This document shows positions 1 to 11,055 of a DNA stretch of 64,000 nucleotides, in pieces. This DNA comes from Pecten maximus. Its lineage: Eukaryota. Where the stretch lies: contig NC_047017.1 in the NCBI RefSeq assembly GCF_902652985.1, positions 17,794,001-17,858,000 on the forward strand. The letters run 5' to 3'. Under the pieces are notes generated by a model. That model did not search any database and was not told where the DNA came from. It saw nothing but the letters and a program-made list of their open reading frames with translations. Position 1 is the stretch's first letter, and the number at the start of each line of letters is the position of its first letter. Made by a program: the position numbers and the translations under genes.

Positions 1-55
1 TTTACAAACTTCTACAAACTATATACTAGGTACAAGTAAATCAATATTCTATGTT

Positions 56-790
56 TTTTTGTATTACGTATACCTAAGTGTTTATATAATGTATGGATGT
101 ATGTATTACGTATACCTAAGTATTTATATAATGTATGTTTGTGTGTATTACGTATACCTGATCATTGATAATGTCTGTATGTGTGTATTACATATACCTG
201 ATCATTGATAATGTCTGTATGTGTGTATTACATATACCTGATCATTGATAATGTATGTATGTGTGTATTACGTATACCTGATCATTGATAATGTATGTAT
301 GTGTGTATTACGTATACCTGATTATTGATAATGTATGTATGTGTGTATTACGTATACCTGATTATTGATAATGTATGTATGTGTGTATTACATATACCTG
401 ATTATTGATAATGTTTGTGTGTATTACGTATACCTGATCATTGATAATGTATGTATGTGTGTATTACGTATACCTGATCATTGATAATGTATTTATGAGT
501 GTATTACGTATACCTGATCATTGATAATGTATGTATGTGTGTATTACGTATACCTGATCATTGATAATGTATGTATGTGTGTATAACGTATACCTGATTC
601 TTGATAATGTATTTATGTGTGTATTACATATACCTGATCATTGATAATGTATGTATGTGTGTATTACATATACCTGATCATTGATAATGTATGTATGTGT
701 GTATTACATATACCTGATCAATGATAATGTATTTATGTGGGTATTACGCATACCTGATCATTTATAATGTGTTTGTATTACCTAATGATT
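56..790. repeat. 40-bp minisatellite (GTATTACGTATACCTGATCATTGATAATGTATGTATGTGT)n
   Basis: About 18 directly visible tandem units, some with 4-bp deletions; degenerate at both ends. Confidence 0.95.
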
Positions 791-2589
791 ATTTTTGAAT
801 GTACATATATGTATATAATGTGATTTATAGCAACGCACGGCATGTGTATTACAATATCATAAGTGACCCATGTATGATATGATATCATTAACGAATAGCG
901 AATGGGTGTCCTCCTACATGATGACGGTTTCCAATTTCAGTGTTAGTAAACAATTAGGTTTATAGGTTACGACAATAGACATGATGTCGATAACATAGGC
1001 CAGTATTTGTACTTTAATTGTTTTGTGATCAGCAATTACATTTGACTGTCCTTGCCTTATTGTTTATAAATAAGTATATCTAGTATAAGAAATGAAATAA
1101 AAAAAAAGAGCAATATCCATTTGATATATCAAGTATAAATTGAACACTACATATACTGTACGTAGACGACATGTTGGGTCACACCAGATTGGACGGACGC
1201 AGTGATGATTAAAACAGCTGTTGCTTGAACTATCAATAAACCTTGTACAATGTCCAATCGTATGAGTTATTATTGTATGTTAAATAATTTCTGTGAAAGG
1301 TGTTATCCTCACGATTGATTTTATCTAGTTGGCCCTACCTGATCTAATGATAGCTCAAAATTTCAATCTCAAAGAAAGATCAACACAATTACTACATTGA
1401 TATCCATAAACTACCAAGCCATTTGTTTCTTTCGCAACAGACAAGCATTTATGTGAACTTGATAAATCGCTTTACCATGTACTAACAGAAATTTTATTTG
1501 TCAACAGGGCACTTATTTATCTGTTGTGAAGGCCCCTATTTAGAACGAAAGATATATGAAGGTGAATTGCAAAAGACATTTTGGTGATATTAATTTTGTA
1601 TAATAATATCTTTAGAATGGAATGAAATATAGAATTTCACATAAAAAAAAACTCTCTTGAACTCAGAGTATACCATTTGCAGCTTCGTTGAAGAATTAAT
1701 AACCGACAAATGTTGTTTTAGTTAAGAGAATGTGAAAACAGATTGGAACTTAGTAGCACATTGTGATGTCTTTGTTGCAAGACTGCATTTACATTCTTCT
1801 CCCAGATGTATCAAAGTGTTCGTGTAACCTCAGCAGGGGAAATGGAATTTGTGCTGCACATACACTAGTGATAAAAAGCGACATCGTCCGGAATATACGT
1901 CTGACGCGCAGAGCTTGGGAGTATGAGATAACTTCGAGCTCATACATAGTGTGGAGAGGGTCAAAATCAGATAAAGGGGAACATGCATCCGAAAACGTTT
2001 CTTCCTGTAGAATTCAAAAAAGGATAAAAAAAAAAAAAAAAAAAACTAACCGCCAATGAACTGACAGGCTGGTGTTACCATGCATATATGTCTTGATTCA
2101 TCTTTGCATTTAATGTGAAACCCATGTTATACGTTCTGTCAAAGCACACGTATGTACTAGCAAAACACGTTAGAGACAGTGTTTTTCATTATATGTAATC
2201 TCGATAAAATATTTTATTTCTGATGAGTGAACTATTTACTGTAAATGAAAAATTGTATTCAAAATAGTGACAATCTTCTTTTCTGTGCTTAAATCATTTA
2301 ATTTAATTATCATCACGTGAATCTAGCCGTTTAATATCAGTATTCGGTGTTGTTTTCTTATACTGCGTTATTGCTTTAAGATATAAGTTATGATATGGGA
2401 ATACCAATTTAGCAATGCAAGAATATGCAAAATATAAGTAATGTGTTAAAATTTCAGAAATGAAATTATAGTTTCCGTTTTCATTAACTTGGTTCTCAAA
2501 ATAATGTAACGATACCTAAACGGATGTTATCACAATCCGCCACAGGGAGTTGTAGGTCGGTGGTTGTGTCACCGATATACTCGACCTAA

Positions 2590-2840
2590 TTCTTTATCAC
2601 ATGTCAGACTACACACAGTCCATCAATGTATTTTACATCAGATTATCATTTCGTTAGCATTACTTTGACCAGATGCATTGACAAGTGGAACGTCACTAAA
2701 GAATAAGCGTTGATGGGTGAACTATATGGTTATTCCTACTATTCTACGACATGATGTACCAGGAAAGCAGGCCACCTATGGTGATGTTGTACGACAGTTC
2801 ATTATAGTAGTTTTGGACTATTAAAACCTTGGTTGTAAGT
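2590..2840 (+). promoter_or_regulatory. Probable promoter and non-coding first exon of SLC46 copy 1
   Basis: TCACATG at 2597, motif GGTGATGTTGTACGAC at 2780 shared with the upstream regions of the other copies, and candidate donor GTAAGT at 2835. Confidence 0.5.
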
Positions 2841-2929
2841 AGGTGCGGGCGCTGTCTTTAAATAGCCAATCAGTATTATGTGTAGGATATTAAGCGATTT
2901 GCGAAGTTCCCTCCTTTGTCACTCTTCCA

Positions 2930-3052
2930 GTCACATCATAACAATTCAGCAAACAAATTAGTTTTAACTAGTCTAATCACATAAAATGTTTCAGCTAACA
3001 AATTAGATTTAACTAGTCCAATCACATCAAATGTTTCAGCTAACAGATTATA
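2930..3052. repeat. 45-bp tandem repeat, ~3 copies
   Basis: AACAAATTAG/AACAGATT recurs at 2952, 2997 and 3042. Confidence 0.7.
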
Positions 3053-3170
3053 TTTATATAATAGTGTAGTCTAGATAATCAGCTACTACACTGTATACGT
3101 AAAGGCATCTCAGTCTATTACTGTCTAACATTCCATTACAGGTATAACGTTAAAGGCAAATATCTCCATC

Positions 3171-5623
3171 ATGGACAAGCATCATTCCCAGCATGGTTCC
3201 CTGAGGTGGTCGCACGGATTTCTTGCGGTAGCGCTGATGTTCATTTTGTTCGCTTTCCTACTCTCATCGCTTGTGACGTCTCAGTATGTTGTGCTGTACC
3301 TCCAGAAGGAAATGTTTCCAAACTCAACTCTTTCTTCCTCGAATGTGACAACCTGCAACTTCAACACGTCGACAGAGGAGTACCGCGAGAGGACGGCGGT
3401 ACAGAAGGCTGCTTCGGTGTTTAATATTTACAAAACATTGGTTGAAAATTTACCCGCTGTCATTGTCAGTGGTGTCATAGGTGGTCTGAGCGATAAGTAT
3501 GGAAGGACGCGAATTTTGATATATATCACAACTTTAACAACTCTATCGGGATGTCTATCTAGCGTTATAATTTATCTTGAGGTAGATGTTTACTACTTAT
3601 TGTTCAGCAGCTTCTTGTATAGTTTAGGAAGCGGTTTATATGGTTTGCTGTCGATTTGCTTCGCCTATATGTCGGATGTAACAAGTCCTGGAAAGCAACG
3701 AACATTGATGATAACTCTTCTCGAAGCATCCCTCGGAATAGGTTTGGCAGTATCTGGATTCGTTTCTGGGTTCATTATTGACAGTGTCGGATTCTTCTAT
3801 GCAAGCATATGTGTGTGTGCAGCAGCATTCTGTTCAATGTTGGTGGTTGTGTTGTTTCTTCCGAATTCACGACCTCCTAACATGTTGTTATCCGGAACGT
3901 CAACCATTGAAAATGCCCGTGCATCATTTGTATTTTATTTTCGAGCTTCTCCTAAGCGGCACAAATATATACTTGCAATAATTATTTTCATGACTGCGGC
4001 GTTTTCTATTTTAGGAAAACCTACTATAGAAATTTTGTATCAGTTGAATGCGCCATTTTGTTGGACCTCTGTCAAAGTTGGATATTACTCAGCAATGTCA
4101 ACTTTAGCAAAAATGATTTTAGGCGTAGCCTCTGTCAAGATTCTGCAAAAGTTTTTCATGGAGGAAAGCGTCGCCATTTTAAGTGGTATCTCTGGAATGG
4201 CAGCTTGTGTTTTGGAGGCATTTGCGATCAACGATGTCATGTTATTTCTAGGTATGTTGTACTTCATCACACAATTCTACATTGCCATCATTGTTGATTG
4301 GTTAGGTTCAATGTGATATCAAGGAGGAAAATGACCTTGTTTTCTAATCATATGAAATCTCCTTCAATAGGACGTGTTAAATGTAATCTGACTCATTAAA
4401 ATACTTCGTATTTCGTATCTTTGTTGATATGTCAGGGATGCTATTGTTTAGACAACACCGAACAACGTAGAGTATACACCATTTTGTTTTGTGGTACTTA
4501 AGTTCCACACTTTCAACGCTTTTACATCAGTCTGATATGGGTATTTTCCTATGTTCAATTCTTAAGTTTAACTTGTAAAATACATATCGATTCACAAATC
4601 GAACTAACGATATTCTGTCTTAATACTTTCCCTTAATACAAACTTTTTAGTGTCCACTGCACATTGGTATTGTTTGTTGGTCAGTTTTTTTATATTTGAG
4701 TATATATATGAGTTGATAATACTATCAGAAATCAAGGTGATTACCCCAGGCTTCGTGGGCCACAGTTTATAGATTTACATGTTATAATTCTATTGTTACA
4801 GTTCCAGTCATAGGTTTTCTGAGTATGATCGTTCTCCCGATGACCAGAGCGATACTATCCAAGCTTACTCCCGCGGATAGGCAAGGTAAGAGACTCTTTA
4901 ACACTTCCAACGATTAAATCGTTACTCGTTTGTTAAATATGATACATTATGGTATCTTGACAAAAGTGATGCAAATCATTAAATTTATTTATCATTTTAG
5001 GAGCCCTGTTCGCAGGAATAGCCGTGGCTGAGATAGCATCAAACACGGGAAGTGGTCTTGGAGCGTCGGCCATCTATATTGCAACTGTTGGTACCATGCG
5101 GGGATTCGTTTTCCTCGTATTTGCCGGGCTGTCCTTCCTTACAATATGCCTTCTACTGTAAGTACAATCATTTTAGTTTTATATAACAGTGTTTGGTTTG
5201 TTTCTGACTTGTTTCCCTGTTCTACCATGTTGTTGATTAAAAAATCTTCTCCTTTTAAAGGTATATTTTCTTGATAACTATCAGCGTACTATTGTCCGAT
5301 GTTTGTCAATGGCGAAATATTAATGTCAACAAATAGATAGATCAAAACTGAAATTGGAACTACAATATGAGAAAAAAATAAGCCAAATAGAAAAAGTGTT
5401 TGTAAAAAGTCGTTTTATTCCGCCAGCAGTTTGGAGGAGCTATCTTTTATTTCCTACCAAGGTTAAACATTTCCTTAAATATCATTAAGAGCTTTGTTTG
5501 TCTTTCTATTTCAGAATTTATTATATGATAAATAGAGGATCAGGATCGAAAACCGCACCTTTAGCGGATGTGACCAAAGACATTACTGGTACGCAGATAT
5601 TGACAGACCACGAGGGGGAATGA
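3171..5623 (+). CDS. SLC46: SLC46-family MFS transporter (PCFT/SLC46A3-like), copy 1, 476 aa
   Basis: Coding exons 3171-4251, 4802-4885, 5001-5157, 5515-5623, all GT-AG with consistent phases. Motifs GGLSDKYGR (MFS motif A as in PCFT), AYMSDVT..RT..LE, LYQLNAPFCW, RAILSKL..RQGALFAG; N-glycosylation sequons and a Cys in the first loop. Confidence 0.93.
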
Positions 5624-7329
5624 GAACGTGACCAGAGACGTTATTGGTACCCCAGTATTGACAGAGGACAAGGGAGACTGAGGATGGCTTCCTGATAACA
5701 CATTTATCTCCAAAAGTTCATTTAGCTCGAAATCTAGAGGACACTTCGAAATTGTTTTAAATCTTCATTTTTTATTCGAGGCATGCGGACATTTAATAGC
5801 ACGTGAAAGGAATTTCTGATTTGTGAGTGAATTAGACATTATTGATAAAAGTTAAGTATGAATTGATGTATGAACGACATAGCTATGACGTAGCTTCTTT
5901 ATTTAATGCGATTTAAATGTTTTTATTTGGCTGCGCATTTTAAGATGGAATGATGGGATAGGAAGCAGCAAGTTCAGTTTTTTTTTTAAAGATTTCTCTG
6001 TTATTGTGATAAACTAAATATCTAAATATTTTTCGAAGTAGATTATCATATCTGTTACATCAGAAGGTCATTCGCAAAATGTGTAATGGATTTCTAAAAA
6101 TAGAAGTGCATCATGCTCAGCTTCATGAAAAACAATGACATTTCTGTGATATTTAACAACTCGTGAATATGATAGGTTGATGCTGTGCTGATATGTTTGT
6201 ATGAAGTGTTTTATAAAGCATTTAGCATTCTCCTTTGGAAAGTAATTGTCCTATAGTTCTCACAGGATAGCAGTTAAATTGAATAAAGTGCGAGTTAAAT
6301 AATAATAAATCTCCAAAGAAGGCAGTTAAATGATTTAATTTAAATTTCCGTTTTTAATTCGTCTTTCTTTTTTTTAACCTGTAACAGTGTTATCGCGTTC
6401 CAATTCCAATTTCGCACTGAAACGGGGCCTATTTTTGTGACGTCAAGATAGTACATGCGACAGCTTCCGGAAAAAGAATATAGTTCTTGGTAATAAACCT
6501 TCAATCATCAAGTTGATTAAGATGTTTCAATCCATATATAACACCGTAAGAATATTCACCTTTTATGTAGCATAACTATTTTTTAATTCGGTAACCATTT
6601 TTTCCTTTTCCCCCTTTATAACGTTAAAAATAAACTTAATTTATTGACATCAGACAACAAAACGATGTCATGAATGTTTAGGGACGACGTCACGCACGTT
6701 GTTTCTTTACATTACTAAACCAATGAGAATCGTGTGAGAACTATGATCTGATAACGTTCTTAATGTTTTGTAAGGTTTATAGAGACAATGCAGAGCAAAT
6801 GGAAATATCAAGATATAATGATTTATTTAGCAAAAAAGCCGGAAACAACCTAGAAGCCAAAGAAAAAAAATTTACCATTCGTAACGAAACCAGTCAACGC
6901 TAACGAAAAAAAAAACCAACAAAAAACAAGATATACTCAATTCAAAATCATAGCGTATTTTCCAATCATATTTTCATTTATGAAAATAAATATTGCACAG
7001 AAATTCATTTAAGGAATACTTTCAATATTTCTATCAACAAGCAAAAAGGTGTATTATCAAGGTAAATATCAACAAAGTATAATGAGATTGGAAATATTCC
7101 CCGTAGATACCATAGTATAAATATATAGAGTATGTTACAACTTAAACCAACACTTCACAAACATAATCTCAACGACAATTTCTGTTACATTTCTTAGCAC
7201 TTATTGTATAAATGTCTGTTTATCATATAAAACTTTTCATTAAGACTATTTTTACTTGTGTTGGTTATTCAAACAATTAAAACAATTATACTCCAGAAAA
7301 AGCGACTTTTGTTATGATGAAAACACTTA

Positions 7330-9792
7330 CAGTTGAGTGTAGACTAAAGGTTACACAAAGTGCACTCCGAGTGCACTCCGTTTGGACTCCAGGTAAACTT
7401 GGAGTGCACTCGGAGTGTACTCCAAGTTTACCTGGAGTCCTATCAGGCCCCAATTCTACCTTGGTCCACATGTATCACATGTACATGTAACCAAGTACAT
7501 ATACACATAATGTTTATATATAGATGTATACACTCATATACAATTAAGACTCCTAAAACATGTAACAATAAGATATGTGTTACTGTTTTATCTTTGTATA
7601 TACCATATAATTTCGTTGGTTCATTTTTACTTGGTTAACAAACAATGCATCTAATATAATTGATTTTTTTTATTAGAAAACCCTGTATAAGTGACTGAAT
7701 AGATATGGCACTTTGTTGGAAAATATATGACAGCATTCCTTTGATTTGAAGAATTTTAACAAGCCACGCCATAAATGAATAGAAATTGGGAATAAGCAGA
7801 AATGTATTTGGCAAGTTGTTTGTGGTCTCTCAAAATGTAGAGTCTGAATGTGTACTGGAACTATCTTGTACTCAAAGTACAACTGTTTTTAATATTTCAA
7901 ATACTTTACTTCCAACAGTATATATATTACTTAACATACAATACAAAAGAAAGCTTGTTTTTTATCACCTTGATAGCATATTCTGGATCCAATGTCTAGT
8001 TTTGTTTAGAGTGTAACATCAGACTTACATTTCCATTTGGTAAACCAACTGTTTTTTTGTTTTGTTATACTTGCCTAATTAAATCCAGGTCATACATGGA
8101 GTTATTTTAACTGTTATGTAAGATACAATACCCCCCCCCCCCCCCCCCCCCCCATCCCCACTCCCCACTTCCAGAATCAATATTTACCTGTATATCAAGC
8201 GTGATTACAGGGGTGTGGAGAAAAGACAGACTTGCACACTGACCCCAATAATGACCCCGACCCCTTCCTCCAAGTTTACCTTATAATGTGTGAAGATCAG
8301 GACAGGTGTACACACAGTCATCTAACTAGAAAAAGTTTAAACATTTAACTTTATGATTTTATAATTGTCTTGAACAACCATTGTACATTCATGACCTGTA
8401 TCTGTTACATATAATGTATGAGTGACACATCGATGATAGATATTGACTGCATAGGAATAGAAAACGATGTAGTTCCAACAGGTAAGTTTTACAGGTAAAT
8501 GGTACATAGGTTGCCAGTGTCCAACTGCCACGGGGCAAATCGTACCTCAGGCAGAGTTTCCTGTTTCCTATTATGATCCCGTTTCCTGGACGAGAACAAT
8601 GTGTACTAATTACGGGTATACGGCTATAGGTTGGTTTTGGGAAATGGTGAATTTACATTTATTATACCATTGGGAATTATACTGATTTTTTTTTTTACTT
8701 TAATCTCTTTCTTTACAAATATTTTTTTTTAAAGCAATGTCTTTATATTTTTGAATATAACAAGATAAGAACTGCGTCATTTCTTAATTTGATTTACATT
8801 ATTTTTTTCTGAACTTGTATCATTCAACATTTCACCTCTACATACCGGACACCTGCATAAACCGACCAATACGTTTAGTCTCAATGACTTACAGTTTAGA
8901 CAGGTTACAATGCTATAAGAAACAGCTTATTTTTACTTTCTAATTTCGGTATAGAATAACTTCATTTCAATAAAGTTGGTCTTCTAAAACCTGTTTAGCA
9001 GTTTGTTAATGGTTTTACAACTTATTTTGACATTTCCACCTTAATTATATCGGTATTTCGTTTATAATTTTGGTCTGATTAAGGCCTCTCAGATGGAGAG
9101 CTACAATCCTTTCCTTCAGGTCAGGAGATAATCTTACTGTTCTGATGGCCTGAGGCTACACACCCAGCTTTGCACAGCTTCATCATTTGAAGCCATACAA
9201 CAACAAATATGGACATAGGTATTTCTGTGAACCCAGGACAGTACCTGTAGCTGGCTACTAAAACTCACCTGGCACAGTTCTCAGGTGTGTCAGGCCAGAG
9301 TCAGTCATGCATGGCCAATAATAATAGCAATTATAACAGATTCTGTCATTTATTATGTGTAGTACAGAACTTCATATTTATGTGTACATTATGTCAGAAC
9401 ATTATTTTAACCAGGTAATGCTCGTAAATATCTACAGTTGTAAATGTATACTTTTTAACAATACATTTAAAAATATATACCTATATAAACTAAATATTCC
9501 TAGTAGACTAAACAAATGTAAATAGTAATATGAACAGAACAAAAGTGATTTGTAAAAATCTATTTATTTATAATAAATTATATTAAAAGCATCAAAGTAT
9601 TAATATTTATATATGATATACTCTGATTATAGACCCGGGGCAGACATGGTGTCTTATAGGACTCCAGTTAAACTCGGAGTCCACTTGGAGTGCATTCCAG
9701 GTTTACCTGGAGTCCAAACGGAGTGCACTCCAAGTCCAAACGGAGTGCACTCGGAGTGCACTTGGGTGTAACCTTTAGTCTACACTCAACTG
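7330..9792 (-). mobile_element. Tc1/mariner-type DNA transposon, defective, ~2.46 kb
   Basis: Long terminal inverted repeats beginning CAGTTGAGTGTAGACTAAAGGTTACAC (7330) and ending at 9792, with internal GGAGTGCACTC repeats; TA on both flanks; decayed transposase N-terminus inside. Confidence 0.88.
8966..9134 (-). pseudogene. Decayed Tc1-like transposase N-terminal HTH fragment
   Basis: The minus strand reads RLSPDLKERIVALHLRGLNQTKII and then, after a stop and frameshift, VKISCKTINKLLNRF*KT. This resembles the Tc1/Sleeping Beauty paired-like domain (ISQDLRKKIVDLHKSG). Confidence 0.75.
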
Positions 9793-10329
9793 TATGTACT
9801 ACACACCTTTTTTTTTTTATAACTTTCTATGATATAATTGCTGTTTGCGACTTTATATATACAAAATGTATATCGTCTATGTCACGTATTCAGCCTTTTC
9901 AGTATGTGCAGTCACGGAGAATGCTGCGGCATCCCAGTCAGTATAGCGTCTCACAAGGCAGTATGTTTGTTTTATCAGGGGTCACCTAGTTTCGATTTTT
10001 GGTCGCCTCTAGGCCCTTAAAATCACGGAGGAGTCTTAAGGACAAACAACAGTAAGGCGCAGTTTAATTTATTTCAGCTCTAATTTATTTGATTCCCATT
10101 TTTTTTTATATGTGATACCATCTTACTTGTCATTTGCACAATCATCTCTATTAAATTATATATATATCACATTTAAGTGGGTTAAATTCGTCCATGCCAC
10201 AATCTAGAAACAAGAAAATGAGTTCAAATTTGAGTGGTCAAGATATACACATATAAACCAAACGGTTGTAATCATAACCCGTGGATCAATAGATAACAGA
10301 TAGGCGTTACTGATATACACTACCTCATT

Positions 10330-10540
10330 CTCTATCACATGTCAGTTATTAACTCATTAGCCGGACTTGTATGGCACTGCCGAGTGATGGGTTAGGTGGT
10401 TTTCTTTAATTCTTCATCTTCTCGACATGATGTGATCGACACAGAAATACCAAAATGGCCGACAAACCTCAGTGACGGTGTGCGACAGTTTATTTACAGT
10501 AAGTCATGTCACATTGCGCTTCGTTTATCACGTGCTTTAT
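10330..10540 (+). promoter_or_regulatory. Probable promoter and non-coding first exon of SLC46 copy 2
   Basis: TCACATG at 10335, shared UTR motif at 10471, donor GTAAGTC at 10499, TCACGTG at 10528. Confidence 0.55.
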
Positions 10541-11055
10541 TGTCAATGTAAATGGATTGTTACCTTGTTTCGTATCCAATGGGTCCGGTAGTCAATGCGG
10601 GTGACATCGATTAATTAAACAGGTACGCTAACCCTTCCGGAATACCTAGTCTTACTTCCATATATATATATTTTTAAATGTGTCCACATGCAAATGCATA
10701 TCTTGTTTCTTATAGGGATTGCGAGTTATCGGTTTGTTTGTTTGTAAGTATTCTCTGATGGTTCATATAAGAAGACACTGTTGCTTGCCAGTCCATATTA
10801 CATGTATGTTTATAATGTCCAGTGCTCCCTCTCCCACTTTTCCAATCAAACAGAACACATAAGCTAATACAATATCTAGAATTTGGAACTTGGATGTAAA
10901 GGCAATATTTATAAGTTTCATGTTGTACAATAGCATTTCATCATCCATGACAGTTTCCCCTCCATTCACCCATAAGATACAAACCAAACGTGTCCATGTT
11001 TGTTCATCCTCTGCCTTACCATTTTAGGTATAAAGTTAACGGCCACAACTCCATC

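Noticed and set aside
1763-2059. 98-aa ORF upstream of copy 1
   Set aside because: No recognisable homology, starts at GTG and ends in a poly-A-derived Lys run.
7673-8531. Possible transposase catalytic motifs (VQDSSSTH, VQDNY) inside the Tc1-like element
   Set aside because: Too short and degenerate to separate from chance without an HMM search.
10990-11055. N-terminal extension of copy 2 in the ORF track, and ORF tails running past the donors in copies 1-4
   Set aside because: They cross splice sites (acceptor 11027; donors 4252, 12137, 21151, 27216); paralog alignment fixes the ATG at 11056.
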